Assembly: GCA_000004695.1 (NCBI GenBank)
Contig: CM000151.3
Location: 8,416,001-8,480,000, forward strand
DNA: 64,000 bases
Direction: 5' to 3'
Origin: Dictyostelium discoideum
Taxonomy: Eukaryota
Position 1 is the stretch's first letter; every line of letters begins with the position of its first letter. Below the pieces are notes generated by a model, which did not search any database, had not been told where the DNA came from, and saw only the letters and a program-made list of their open reading frames with translations. This document shows, piece by piece, positions 13,520 through 32,575 of this stretch. A program made the translations under genes and the position numbers.

Positions 13520-14087
13520 TTAATTATTTAAATTTGAATTGTATAATTTTTTTAAAATTTCTTTTAAACCTTTTTTAATTGATAATATATTTTGATTATT
13601 TTTTGCACTTATAGGTATAATATTCCATTCTTTACCTTTGAATAAATTTTTAGTTGCTTTTTTAAATTCTTCTAAATGACTCTCTGCATATTCACCATCC
13701 ATTTTATTGGCAATAATAATTGAGGGTTTATTAGTTAAACCAGGTTTATAATTTTCTAGTTCCTCTAAAAGACTTGAAAAATCTTTCCATGGTGTTCTAT
13801 AGTGTTGATCATGGATTTTAGATTTAATTTCTTTTTTAGCCTCAATTAAATCATCTTCATCTTGAATATATCCATAACGATTTGTAACCACTTTTACTTG
13901 TTTACCATCCCAAATTGCTGGTAAACCATTATTTGACATATCCAATACATAAACTATTGCTTTAGTTCTTTCAATATGACGAAGAAAATCTAAACCTAAT
14001 CCTAAATTTAAATGTGCACCTTCTAAAATACCTGGTAAATCTGCAATTGTACTTGTTGGAATTGAATTTATTAAATTATTATTACCA

Positions 14088-14172
<85 letters not shown>

Positions 14173-15406
14173 TATTATTATTACTATAACCATTTATAAT
14201 ATTATTAATATTTCTTTTACGTTTTGAAAGATTATTTGTACTATTAACTTTTGTTGAATTAAGTTTTTCTTTTAAAACTTGACTATCTATATCAAAGAAA
14301 TCAATTACACCAACATATGGATTTAAAGTTGTGAATGCATAATTTTGAATATTTGGAATTGCATTTGAAATCACTGATAATAAAGTACTTTTACCAGCAT
14401 TTGGGTAACCTACTAAACCAAAATCTGCAATGATTTTCAATTCTAATTCAATTCTTTTAATTTCACCTTTTGTACCTGGTTGAGCATATTCTGGTGATCT
14501 ATTTGAACCAGATGCAAAATTATAATTACCTTTTCCACCTAAACCACCTGATGCAACAACTACCTCTTGTCCAAATTCATTTAAATCAATTATATTACCA
14601 TTTTCAACCCATTTGTTATTACCATTATTATTGTTATTTTTAGTTGATTTACTATCGAGATGTGATATTATATTATTTGTATCATTGATTTTACCATCTA
14701 CAACCGGTGCACTTAATGCTTTTAAATAAAGTGCTGGATCGAATGATTCACTGGTTGGATCGAATCTTGGATCTTTTTTTGAGATTACATTTCCAGTATC
14801 ATCAGTTTCAAATTCTTGAATCTCTTCTCCATCATTAGTTTTTAGGACCAACTCTTTAATAACAGTTCCAATTGGTACACGTAAAACTATATCATCACCA
14901 TCTTTACCGGATTTTCTTGCACCCATACCCTTTTGACCATTTTCACCTTTATAGTTCTTTTTTAAATGTGAAAGATTATTATTATCAAAATCTGCTCTAA
15001 CTATAATATTTGCACCACTACCACCATTACCACCATCAGGTGGACCTTCTGGTATATATTTTGCTCTGAAAAAACTAATTGCACCACCACCACCATCACC
15101 AGCTTTAACACCAACTCTAATCTTATCAATGAATGAAAGATGTGAATGTGCTGATGGTTTTGATTTCTCTTTAATTTCTGATCCTAAATCTTGTGCTGTT
15201 TCTTTTAATTCTTGATATGACATCTCTTCCAATTTTTCAAATTCTTCACTTGGTTCATGTTTAAATGTTACTTTTGGTTCATTATAACTATTATAATTAT
15301 TATTATTATCTCTATCAATACTAATACAAAAATCTCTTTTAAAATAATTATATTTTATAAAATCATTTTTTAATTTAAAATTATTTAAAATTAAACATTT
15401 TTTCAT
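13520..15406 (-). CDS. Obg-family GTPase (mitochondrial GTPBP5/MTG2-like) with a poly-Asn insertion.
   Basis: 628 aa. Obg-fold Gly-rich N-domain (IRVGVKAGDGGGGAISFFRAKYIPEGPPDGGNGGSGANIIV), G1 GLVGYPNAGKSTLL and G3 DLPGILEGAH. An NNNN... insert is encoded by an (AAT)n run at 14090-14180. Confidence 0.85.
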
Positions 15407-15683
15407 TATTATTTTAATTTATTATTATTATTATTATTTTAATTTTTTTTAAAATTTTTTTTTTATTAAAAATAATAGAATTAGATATTTAAAAAAAAAA
15501 AAAAAAAAAAAAATGAAAAAAATGAAAATAATTAAAAAGCCGAGTAACGGTATGATTAAAAAAAAAAAAAAAAGCAAAAAAATTGAAATTAATAAAAAAA
15601 AACGAAAAAAAAAAAATCATATAAAAAAAAGTTCAAAATTTTTTTTTTTTTTTTTATTTTTCAGAAATCATCACACATAAAAA

Positions 15684-16899
15684 ATGGTATGTTAAATTTT
15701 AGATTGAGGATATATGATATATAATTTTATTATTTTTTTTTTTTTTTTTGGTCTCAATCTAATTTAAATTATCAATAATCTTTAATATTTAGACTACTCG
15801 TCCATTTGTCCAAGTCTTTGATGCCCAAAACAAAGTTGTAGGTAAAGTTAAGCTCCCAAATGTCTTGACCACCCCAATCCGTCCAGATTTAGTTAACTTT
15901 GTCCACACCAACTTAAACAAGAATGCTCGTCAAGCTTATGGTGCTGCTCCATACGCTGGTGAACAAACCTCTGCTGAATCATGGGGTACTGGTCGTGCTG
16001 TCGCTCGTATTCCTCGTGTTCCAGGTTCAGGTACACACCGTTCAGGTCAAGGTGCCTTCGGTAACATGTGTAGAGGTGGTCGTATGTATGGTCCAAACAA
16101 GACCTGGAGACGTTGGAATCGTAAAGTTAACGTCAACCAAAAGAGATACGCTGTTGTCTCAGCTTTAGCTGCCTCAGCTGTCCCAGCCCTCGTTATGGCT
16201 CGTGGTCACAGAATCAATGGTATCAATGAAGTCCCATTAGTCATTGCCAACGAATCCGTTGACACCCTCCAAAAAACCAAAGCTGCCGTTGAATTATTAA
16301 AGAAAATCAACGCCTACGCTGATGTCACCAAAGTCATCGACTCCAAACATATTCGTGCTGGTGCTGGTAAAGCAAGAAACAGACGTTACAAAGTCCGTAA
16401 AGGTCCATTAGTCGTCGTCTCTGGTAAGACTACCGTCTCCCAAGCCTTACGTAACATCCCAGGTGTTGAAGTTGCCAACGTCTCAAGACTCAACTTATTA
16501 AAATTAGCACCAGGTGGTCACTTAGGTAGATTCATCATCTGGACTAAATCCGCTTTCGAACAATTAGACTCAACCTTTGGTACCTTTGCCAAATCATCTG
16601 CTCAAAAGAAAGGTTACACTCTCCCACGTCCAATGATTGCTAACGCTGATATTGTCAGACTCGTCAACTCTGATGAAATCCAAGCTGCCGTTAGAGCCAG
16701 CAAAGTCGTCGTCAAACGTCCAACTGCCCCAGTTCGTCGTTCTAACCCATTAAAGAACTTACGTGCTATGATTAAATTAAACCCAGCCGCCGTCTCAACC
16801 CGTCGTACTCAAGTTAAATCATTAAAATCAAAAGGTATCAAAGTTAGCAAAAAGAATCAATTAAGAGCTAAATTAGTTGCTGCCACTTTCAACCAATAA
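15684..16899 (+). CDS. rpl4: 60S ribosomal protein L4 (uL4). Model join(15684..15686,15793..16899).
   Basis: The ATG at 15684 is followed immediately by GTATGT. The intron is 106 nt and ends TTTAG at 15791-15792. Exon 2 begins [38 protein letters not shown]..., strongly conserved RPL4. High GC and codon bias are typical of Dictyostelium ribosomal protein genes. Confidence 0.9.
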
Positions 16900-16999
16900 A
16901 TTTTTAAATAGATTTGTTTTCTAAAAAAAAAAAAATCGTCTTTCATTATTTTAATTTTTTTTTTTTTTTTTTCCTTTTCATTTTTTTTTTTTTTCCAAA

Positions 17000-17431
17000 A
17001 TGTCAAACAATAATTCTTTAAATATTTTTAATAATAATGGAAATTTTGAAGAATTGTTATTAACATATAACGAATTATTAAATTTATTAAAAAATGATTC
17101 CGATGAAAAATTAATAATAGAAAAAGCATTAAAATTATTTTCAAATTATTTTAATAATAATCATTCAAATAATCCTTTTCACTTTGAAGTATTAATTGAG
17201 TCACTAAATAATAAATTAAATAAATTTGATTTTATTAATTTATTGGTATCAATTTTTTCTTGTAATGGTGAAATTAATTTTAATTTCAAGATTTATATTG
17301 TTAATAAATTATTTCAATTTTTAAATAATAATAATAATAATAATATTTCATTATCAACAATCGATTTCTCTCCAATCAAAAAGGTAAAGTTTTTATTTTT
17401 ATTTTTATTTTCAATTTTTTTTATTATTAAC

Positions 17432-17462
<31 letters not shown>

Positions 17463-17807
17463 TTTTTTTTTTTCAGTTCTCAAGTAATTTCAAAAGAGAT
17501 ATTGTGTTGGTAAGAAAAATAAATTGTATAGAAAAATATTTTAAAGATAATGAAGATATAATCAATAATCAAGATGATAAAGCATTTGACGATCAATTTT
17601 TATCTTCAAATTTAGTTTTTCAAAATTATTGCAAATCAATAGATGATTTATTTTCATTGGATTATTTAGATATGGATAAAGATTTTATTAAATTAATTAA
17701 TGATTTGGAAAAAAATGAAATTAAATTACAACCATTATTGTCATATTTAAATCATTTCGAAAGATCAACTTTAGAATTTATAAATTTAGATTTACAATAT
17801 ATTTTAT

Positions 17808-17897
<90 letters not shown>

Positions 17898-17995
17898 GTA
17901 ATAATAGTAATAATAGTAATAATAATAATAATTATAATAGTAATTTAAATAAATTTAAATTTTATCTTTATTGTTTAAATAAGGAAATATCATAA
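17000..17995 (+). CDS. Hypothetical Asn-rich protein. Model join(17000..17383,17477..17995).
   Basis: The ORF track reads through a 93-nt AT-rich segment that has a GTAAAG donor at 17384 and a TTTCAG acceptor at 17475-17476, both in phase 0. The poly-F stretch in the read-through translation is intronic. No recognisable domain. The C-terminal poly-N comes from an (AAT)n run. Confidence 0.5.
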
Positions 17996-18186
17996 ATAAT
18001 AAACTCCAAGTTTTTCCAATATTATCACAACCAAAAAGCTCATTTTTCTTGGAATTTTTTTTTTTTATTTTTTTTTATTTTTTTTATTTTTTTTTAACAT
18101 TTAAATATTTTTTATTTTTTATTTTTTATTTTCAGCTTTTGTTTACACTTTAAAACAACAAATAAAGATAAAAAAGAAATGGGGAA

Positions 18187-23320
<5,134 letters not shown>

Positions 23321-23349
23321 TAAAAATTTTTCAAATTAATACACCAAGA

Positions 23350-23393
<44 letters not shown>

Positions 23394-23921
23394 AACAAAA
23401 ATATAATAAAAATTTCGATTATTAGTTTGTTTTATTTTCCATTGGTTCAATGCCCAAGAAAAAAAATAATAATAATAAAAAAACAATCAAATATAAATCA
23501 GGTTCATTCTCATTTGTTGGGTTATTACTTCTCAAATTTAACAGTTCAATTTTTTTTTTAATTGGATTTTATTTACAAAAACTGGGTTTATTAATTTATT
23601 TTTTTTTTTTAAAAATATCTTAAAAAAAAAAAAAAAATAAAGGATAATTATTAATTTGTAGTAGGATTAAATCTCTTTAATTTTTTTTTTTTTTTTTTAT
23701 TTAATTTCTTTGAAAGTTGGAGTGCATTTTTTAAAAAAAAAATCTTTAACCCAATTTTTTTATCCAATCAAAAATTTAATAAATATCTATTTTTATTTTT
23801 TTTGATTTAAATTTTTATTTTTATTTTTTGGATTTAAGAATTTTTTTTTTTTAAGTTTTTTTTTTTTTTAAAAAAACCAAATAATATTAAAAAGAGAAAA
23901 AAAAAAAAATTAATAATAAAT

Positions 23922-24092
23922 ATGTCAGGTGGTAGTGTGTATTTACCACCCAATTCTGATGAAGAATCAGATAAAAATGATAAAAATAATAAAGGTAATA
24001 ATAAAATTAATAATAAATCGAATGGAAATAATAGTATAAATAATAATAATAAAAATAATAATAATAAAAATAATTATAATAATAATTATAGA

Positions 24093-24125
<33 letters not shown>

Positions 24126-24132
24126 TATAGAG

Positions 24133-24229
<97 letters not shown>

Positions 24230-24255
24230 TAATAATAATAATAATAATAATAATG

Positions 24256-24331
<76 letters not shown>

Positions 24332-25827
24332 TAATAATAATAATAATAATAATAATGATAATAATAATAATAATAATGAAAATAAAAATAAATATAAAAA
24401 TAATTATAATAATAATAATAAAAATAATAATAATCAAGGAAAGGTTGAAACCTTGAATGGTTTTTTAAGAGAGCATGGTTTAACTAGTCAACAATTGAAG
24501 AATTTGATTTCAGCTGATGATAAATATTTGAAATATAATACAAATTCAATAGAAATGCATTACACCTTATTACTTACCTCATGGCATAGATGTGAAGAAA
24601 GGAAAGTTACAATTAAAATCAGCTCATACCATGATGTAAAACAAATTCAATATCATAATGATGGAAAACTTGATTTAAAAAAATCAATTCAAGTTATACC
24701 AGGTATGTAAAAAAAAACATGTATTATATATTAAAAAAACAATTAAATTTTATTAATTGAAATAAATCAATATAGGAATTAAATTCTGCACTGAACCCCA
24801 AATATATACCAATGTTTTTAAAATACATCTTCCTTATCCTTCATTTTTGGAAAAAAAAAAAGATTTACATTATTTTATGATTTTTGAAATTGAAGAGGAG
24901 GCTAATGGAACAAATATCCCTATGGGTCGTAGTTGGTCCAAATCATTTTATCCAATTAAAATTAAATTAAAAGAAGATGAAAAGGAAAGTGAAAAAATAT
25001 TAGATCTTAATTCAATTGTTAATTCCATGAATTCTTTTTCAGATAAGTACACCAATACAGAGAATATAAATTTATTTGAAGATTTTAATGGATTAAAAAT
25101 CAAAATGAATGATATTAAAAATTCATTTGCAAATTTGGAAAAAAAGGATGAAAATGATGAAAAAAATGATGAAGATAATGAATATAAGGAACAATATTTA
25201 TGTGAAATTGGTAATGTTTATGAAAAAAGAAAGTTTCAACCCAAACAAACCACATCATCAGCAAAAATAAACGCACCAGGTACTGTTCTATCAATAAAGG
25301 AACAATACTCCAATTTGATAATTCGTGTTGGATGGGGTCAAGAAAATGATAAAGCTTTGTTTCAAGTCAATTATCATAATTTAAATTTTGAATTAAAAGA
25401 AGATCCAAATTTTGAATTAATAAATTTAAAAAATTTAAAATATGAAAAGGAAAATCAAAAAAAAGGATTAGTCGCAAAAAATCAAAAAAATAATAAAATA
25501 GAAAATTCATTGAAAATTTCAAAAGGAAAATTATTGCAAGAAGAAATAGAAAAAATAAAAAATGATATCGAATCAATTGACAAATTCATTAGTGAAATTG
25601 AATCAAAAATTGAAAATCAGGACCAATACACCACAGAGGAGAAGATGGAAAAAAACTTTGAAAAGAAATGGAAAGAGTATAATAGTACCTTTATCAAAAT
25701 TAAATCAGAGATTTCAAAATTAAAGATTTTATCTTATGTTGACTTTCAAAAATCATTTAAAGATATTCTAAAGAATAATTTCCCAGAGAATTTTATTAAT
25801 ACCAGATTTGATGCATATTGCTATTAA
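23922..25827 (+). CDS. Hypothetical protein with an N-terminal poly-Asn region and a C-terminal coiled coil. Model join(23922..24702,24776..25827).
   Basis: Donor G|GTATGT at 24703 (phase 1) and acceptor ATAG at 24774-24775 restore the frame into the 24847 ORF. The long NNN region is encoded by (AAT)n at 24060-24360. The C-terminal half has heptad-like KLLQEEIEKIKNDIESIDKFISEIESKIEN. No domain recognised. Confidence 0.45.
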
Positions 25828-25930
25828 AAAGGGGTTAATAATAAAATAACAAATAATAGAAAATCAATTATGTAATTATTTCTTATAAATTTTCAAATTC
25901 AAAGTTATAGTTAATCCAATCCAATCCAAT

Positions 25931-25974
<44 letters not shown>

Positions 25975-26319
25975 TATAAAAGTTGATGGAAATGTTTCTT
26001 TCTCAATCAATTAAATGCTTCTTTAGAACCTTTTGATTCTAAATTTGCTTATTATCAAAAAAACAATAAAAAATTGGTTTTAAAAATATATCGGAAATAA
26101 TTGAAAAAGAAAAAAAAGTGACGCTTTAAAATTTGAGTAAAAAACGGTTATGAAAAAAAATCTTTTATTTTTTTTTTTTGAATTTTCGTCACCAATTACC
26201 AAACGACGTTTTTGTTTTTTTTTTATATTTAAGTGGTATCGAAAAAAAAAAAAAAAAACAAAAAAAAAACCATCAAAACATTAAAAAAGTTCATTTAAAC
26301 AGAAAGAAATAATAAAAAA

Positions 26320-26719
26320 ATGAAATTATTAAACTCACTAATTTTATTAGTTTTAACTTGTTTGGTATCGTCAATCAATACTCAATTCATTTCCATTCAA
26401 AAGTATGATTTTAGTGGAAATTGTAAAAATAGCTCAGATTCAGCAAGTAGTTTTGAAGCATCAAGCGAATCAGCAGCAATTTGTATGCAAAATGATTTAT
26501 TATCTGGTATAGTTACAAATGAGGGTGTTTGCTTAATATTTAATGAAGTTCCAACTACATTCATTATATCAACAAAAGGTGATTACATTGTTCGTTCAAT
26601 TTATGATATAAACGATAATAATTGTCAAGGTAATTATTTTATTTTTTACTTTTTTATTTTATTTCTATTATTGACTACTGATTTTGTAGGTGGCAGTGAG
26701 GCAAATACTAATAATAAAA

Positions 26720-26791
<72 letters not shown>

Positions 26792-27193
26792 TTTACCACA
26801 GGTGGTATTATTGAAAATAAAGCAATTGAAATTGATGAATGTTTTGTTGAGTGTGCTGATGATTACCATGGAAGTACATATTTATTTTCAACTGAAACAT
26901 CTTTAAATTACCCATCTAATACCTTCATGGAAATATCTTACAATGGTGAATGTGATGGACAATGGAAAACTAGTTTCAATTATCTTCAATATTACATTGT
27001 AAATAAATGTAATGTTGCACATGAAATTGAAACTCATACCTTTTCTGTAGGTTGTAATAGTACTTCTTCTTGGGTTAGTGAATACGCTGGTGAAGTTTGT
27101 ACCGTTGAACCAACTGTTACCACATCTTATCCAATAGTTGATAATTGTGGAGATTTAGATAATTCCAACTTTATTGATTATTGTAACATTTAA
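26320..27193 (+). CDS. Secreted Cys-rich small protein, paralog A of a tandem triplet. Model join(26320..26629,26802..27193).
   Basis: Signal peptide MKLLNSLILLVLTCLVSSINTQ. Exon 1 ends CQ|G with donor GTAATT (phase 1). The intron carries a (TTA)n run and ends CCACAG at 26800-26801. Exon 2 is GIIENKAIEIDECFVECADDYHG...CNI, giving about 12 Cys in the mature protein. Confidence 0.7.
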
Positions 27194-27491
27194 ATTATTA
27201 AAGTCTTTTAAAAATAAAAATTGTTGGTTAATTATTTTTTTTTAATTTTTTTTTTTTTTTTATTATTATTAACCAAAAAAATATATAGTGTTCCAAATTT
27301 TTACATTCTTTATTTTTTTTTATTTTTTTTTTGGGGTTTAATTAAAAAAAAAATAACTCAAAATTTTAAGTGAAAATGTTAAAAAAAAAAAATATCTCTT
27401 TTTTTTAATTTTTTAGTTTTGTCAAAAAAAAAAAAAAACCATCAAAACATTAAAAAAGTTGATTTAAAAAAAAGAAAGAAATAATAAAAAA

Positions 27492-27928
27492 ATGAAATTA
27501 TTAAACTCACTAATTTTATTAGTTTTAACTTGTTTGGTATCGTCAATCAATACTCAATTCATTTCCATTCAAAAGTATGATTTTAGTGGAAATTGTAAAA
27601 ATAGTTCAGATTCAGCAAGTAGTTTTGAAGCATCAAGCGAATCAGCAGCAATTTGTATGCAAAATGATTTATTATCTGGTATAGTTACAAATGAGGGTGT
27701 TTGCTTAATATTTAATGAAATCCCAACTACATTCCTTATATCATCAAATGGTGATTACGTTGTTAGTACAATTTATGATAAAGACGATCTTAATTGTCAA
27801 GGTAATTATTTTATTTTTTTATTTTTTTAATATTTTATTCCTATAATTAATTGACTACTGATTTTGTTGGTGAAGTTGTGCAAATACTTATAGTATATAT
27901 TTTATATTTTTAAATTTATTAATAAATA

Positions 27929-27988
<60 letters not shown>

Positions 27989-28389
27989 TTACCACAGGTA
28001 ATATTATTGGAAATAGAGCAATTAAAATTGGTGAATGTTTTGTTGAGTGTGCTGATGATTACCACGGAAGTACATATTTATTTTCAACTGAAACATCTTT
28101 CAATTACCCATCTAATACCTACATTGAAATATCTTACAATGGCGAATGTGATGGACAATGGAAAACTGGTTTTAACTATCTTCAATATTACATTGTCAAT
28201 AAATGTAATGTTGCACATGAAATTGAAACTCATACCTTTTCTGTAGGTTGTAATAGTACTTCTTCTTGGGTTAGTGAATACGCTGGTGAAATTTGTACCG
28301 TTCGACCAAGTATTACTTATACTAACCAAATCGGTGATAATTGTGGTGGTTTTAATAGTGCCAACTTTATTGATTATTGTAACATTTAA
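27492..28389 (+). CDS. Secreted Cys-rich small protein, paralog B. Model join(27492..27801,27998..28389).
   Basis: Exon 1 is nearly identical to paralog A, with the first ~230 nt about 98% identical. It has the same phase-1 intron after CQ|G, containing (ATT)n and ending CCACAG at 27996-27997. Exon 2 (NIIGNRAIKIGECFVECADDYHG...DYCNI) is not reported as an ORF because it has no Met. Confidence 0.7.
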
Positions 28390-28440
28390 ATTATTAAAGT
28401 TTCAAAAATAAAATAAAATTATTGGTTTGTACTTTCTTTG

Positions 28441-28495
<55 letters not shown>

Positions 28496-28775
28496 CTGAA
28501 AATCCTATTCTACAACACAAAGCATGCTTTGCTTTGAATTAAAAAGTAATTGAATTTTATAATTATTTTTTTAAAAAAAAAATATATATAAATTTCTCGA
28601 ACATGTCATAAATAAATTCTAGAAAAATTAAATGATATTTTGAGATTTTTTAAATTTTTATAAAAACATTTAGATATTTTTTATAATGATATCACTTTAA
28701 AACAAATTTTCATTTTTTTTTAAAAAATGAATTGTAAAAGTCAATAAAATTTTTTTTTTTTTTTCTTCAACACAT

Positions 28776-28784
28776 AAAATAAAA

Positions 28785-28865
<81 letters not shown>

Positions 28866-28890
28866 AAATAAATAAATAAATAAATACATA
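28776..28890. repeat. (AAAT)n microsatellite, about 28 units.
   Basis: Near-perfect aaataaataaat run just upstream of paralog C. The opposite-strand ORF 28767..28970 is an artifact of it. Confidence 0.9.
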
Positions 28891-28918
28891 AAGAAAAAAA
28901 GAAAAAAAAAAAAAAAAA

Positions 28919-29766
28919 ATGAAATTATTATATTCATTAATTTTATTAGTACTAACATGTTTGATTTCATTAACTCAAACTCAATACATCTCCATACAAA
29001 ATTATCAATTCAGTGGGAATTGTAATAGATTTATCAATGGTAGCAGTAGTGATTCAACAGAAACTTGTGTTCAAGATGATTTATTGTCTGGTCAAGTGAC
29101 AAGTGAGGGTTTTTGTTTGATTTTTAATGAAGATATAAGCACATTAACAATATCACCAAATGGTAATTCAATTATTCAATCAATTTATTCACCAACTGAT
29201 TATAATTGCCAAGGTAATTATTTTATTATATAATTTTTTTTTTTTTTTTTTTTTTTAATTTTTTTTGTGTTTTTTTTTCTATTTTAATTTTTTGTGTTCT
29301 ATTTTTAGTTTTGAATAATTATTTTTATTATTTTTTATTTATTTTTTTATTTAATTATATTATTATTATAGGTGGTATTATTAAAGAGAAAGAACATGAA
29401 ATTGGTGAATGTTTTTCTCATTGTGTTGATGAAAACCATGGAAAAGTATATTCATTATCTACACAGTCATCAATTAGTTTCCCATCGAATACTTTTGTTG
29501 AAGTGTTTTATTCTGGTGAATGCAATGGGGATTGGAAAAATAATTTCAATTATCTTGATTATTTTGTGATTAATAAATGTAATATTGCATATGCTTTTGA
29601 AAGTCTTACCTATACTTTCAATTGTAATAGTACTTCTTCCTGGATGAGTGAGTTCAATGATGAAAATTGCACCGTTAAACCAGCTGGTATTCAAGTTGAT
29701 CCTTTAGCAAATAGTTGTAGTAATGCATCCAATAATAAAAACCATTTAGATATTTGTAATGTTTAA
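28919..29766 (+). CDS. Secreted Cys-rich small protein, diverged paralog C. Model join(28919..29213,29372..29766).
   Basis: Same architecture: signal peptide MKLLYSLILLVLTCLISLTQTQ, exon 1 ending CQ|G at a phase-1 GTAATT donor, acceptor TTATAG at 29370-29371, and exon 2 GIIKEKEHEIGECFSHCVDENHG...DICNV. The Cys spacing is conserved with A and B, but sequence identity is only about 55%. Confidence 0.7.
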
Positions 29767-29919
29767 ATCCAAAAATATCTTTTTTTTTTTTTTTTTTTTT
29801 TATTTTTTTTTTATTTTTAATTTTTAATTTTCTTTTTTCCATTTTTTTAATTTTTTTTCATTTTGTTTTTTTTTTTTATTTTTAACTTCAGTTTAATTTA
29901 TTAATAGGGCACAATAAGA

Positions 29920-30087
29920 ATGTCTATCTTTGGTAATAAATCATGGGTAGAAATAACAGAAGAAGATGAAGAGATACAAGCATCACCTCAACTATCAAGT
30001 AATCAAGATGATGATAATATTAAAAAATTAGAAAGTTTAATAATCTCTGATACTACAAATAATAAAAATGAAAATAACAATAATAAT

Positions 30088-30160
<73 letters not shown>

Positions 30161-31027
30161 GTAATATTAATAAAAAAGCATCACCACTTAAAAAGAATAC
30201 AATGACACCAAGAACTTCAATTAAATCTAAATATTTAGCAAATAAATTAAATAAAAGATCAACAATTCAAATTCCAATTCAAAAGGGAGGTAGTACTACT
30301 GCATCAAATAAAAAACAAAAAGAGAAAGCAAAAAAAGAAGAAGAGGAAGTTGAGGAGGAAGGTGAAGAGGAGGAAGAGGATGAATATGATGAATATGATG
30401 AAGATAATGACGATTATGATGAGGAGGATCAAGAACAAGATTATGATGAAGATTATGATGAGGAAGAAGAAGAAGAAGAGGATACCTATCATACCCCTCA
30501 AAAAAGAGCAAATAATAGTAATAATAAATTCAACATTAATAGTAATAATAGATATGTACAACAACACCAACACCAACAACAACAACAACAAAATAATTAT
30601 AACAATAATAATCAAACCTCTTCACCTCAACAACATTATCGAACTAAAGAGGATATTTTCTTTAGAAAGAATTTACTTCCATCACCATCACCACCACAAC
30701 ACCACCAACAACAACAACAACAACAACAAGGTAAATTTACAGGTAGAGATCTTAGAGATTTAATTAATGAAGAAAAGAAAAAAAATCCTCAAATTCATCA
30801 ACAGATGAAATCGCCTCAACATAATAATAACAATAATAGTAATAGTAGTACACCAACTAAAGGTGATTTAAGGGATTTAATTGAAAATGAAAAAAGAAAA
30901 ACACCTACATCATCACCACAACAACAACAAAAACAACATCATCAAGAAGGTGAAGATACACCATCTTCTCTAATGTCTGCTAGATTCTCAAGATTTAATT
31001 CACCATCATCATCACCACAACCACACC

Positions 31028-31085
<58 letters not shown>

Positions 31086-31314
31086 TAAACCACAACAAAG
31101 ATCAAATTTATCAACACCAATAACAAAAAGAAGAGATATTGAAGATTTAACTCCTTATTCTTCACCAAATCCTTCAACACCAATTCAAAGAAATAATAGT
31201 AATAACAATAGAAATTCACAAAATTCACCATCTATAACACCAACAAGAGGACCATTAAAATTTAATGTTGACTCACCTAAACAACCAATTGTTTTTAATA
31301 ATCAAAATAATCAA

Positions 31315-31397
<83 letters not shown>

Positions 31398-32331
31398 TGT
31401 AAAATTAACAAACGAATCAATTGATTTAAATAGTGTAAAACCAATTATTGGAACATGTAAAGATTATGAAAAATCATATCTTAGATTAACAGGACCAGCT
31501 GATCCAGCAAAAATTAGATCCATTGAGATTTTAGAAACTTGGTTTCCAAAATTGATTAGGAAATATCAAAATAATAAAAATTTCAATTATGCATTGGATC
31601 AATTAAAATCCATTAGACAAGATTTAATGGTACAACATATAAGAAATAAATTCACTGTCAATGTTTATGAGGCAAATGCAAAAATATGTTTAGAGAATTC
31701 AGATTTCATTGAATTTGGTCAATGTTTATCACAAATTAAAGAATTATATCATTCAATTTCTGATCAATCTTGTTTAGAAAATAAATTTGAATTTATATCT
31801 TATGATTTATTATTTAATTTAATTTTTATTAAAGATAATGGTAAATAATAAAATTATTATTATTCAGAAAAAAAAAAAAAAAAAAAAAAAAAATTTACTA
31901 ATATTAATTATTATTATTTAAATTTAGAATTAGAATTAATATCATTATTACCAAAAATTTTAAATGATGAAAGTTTTTATTCAAATGAAAATATTAAACA
32001 TACATTTGAAATTATTAAATCAGTTTTGGAAAATAATTATTGTAAATTTAATAAATTATATTTAACGTGTTATAATATGGAAAAATACCTTTTGGAAAAG
32101 ATTTTAAATGATAGATTTAGAGTCTATTCTATAAATGCAATGATAAAATCCTATAAACCATCCATTCATTTAAATTTATTGGAAAAACAATTATCTTTTT
32201 CAAACCAAGAACAGCTATTAAAATTTTTGGATTCAAATTACCCAAATAATATAATTGATATAGAAAAACAAGAATTAATTTGTTCAACAAAAAAAGAAAT
32301 AAAAAAAAAAAACAAAAAAAAAAATAATTAA
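29920..32331 (+). CDS. SAC3/GANP-domain (LENG8-like, PCI-associated) protein with acidic and Gln/Asn-rich N-terminal regions. Model 29920..31840 plus a second exon starting at 31973 or 32024 and running to 32331.
   Basis: C-terminal GTCKDYEKSYLRLTGPADPAKIRSIEILE...LDQLKSIRQDLMVQHIRNKFTVNVYE matches the SAC3/GANP family signature. The domain continues after donor G|GTAAAT at 31841 (phase 1) into the frame of ORF 32026..32331 (FEIIKSVLENNYCKFNKLYL...). Two acceptors fit the phase (31971-31972 or 32022-32023) and I could not decide between them. Confidence 0.6.
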
Positions 32332-32575
32332 AAAATTAAATAATTAAAATAAAATATAAATAACTTTAAAAATTGATTTTAAGAAAAGAAAAAAATATGT
32401 ATTAACGTTAATATATATAGTTATAATTCATTTTTTAACAAATTATAACTAAAAAAAAACAACGACATACCATTTAATTTTTAAAAAAAAAAAACATATG
32501 AGCGAATATTATCAAAGACCAATAGATATAAATAATTTCGAATACTGAATTTATTTTTTTTTATTTTTTATTTTT

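Noticed and set aside
28007-28329. ORFs 28007..28246 (+) and 28084..28329 (-) over exon 2 of secreted paralog B, and likewise 29372..29569 and 29470..29694 over paralog C.
   Set aside because: They are in the wrong frame or strand relative to the Cys-rich exon, which is conserved across three paralogs. The true exon lacks a Met, so the track missed it.
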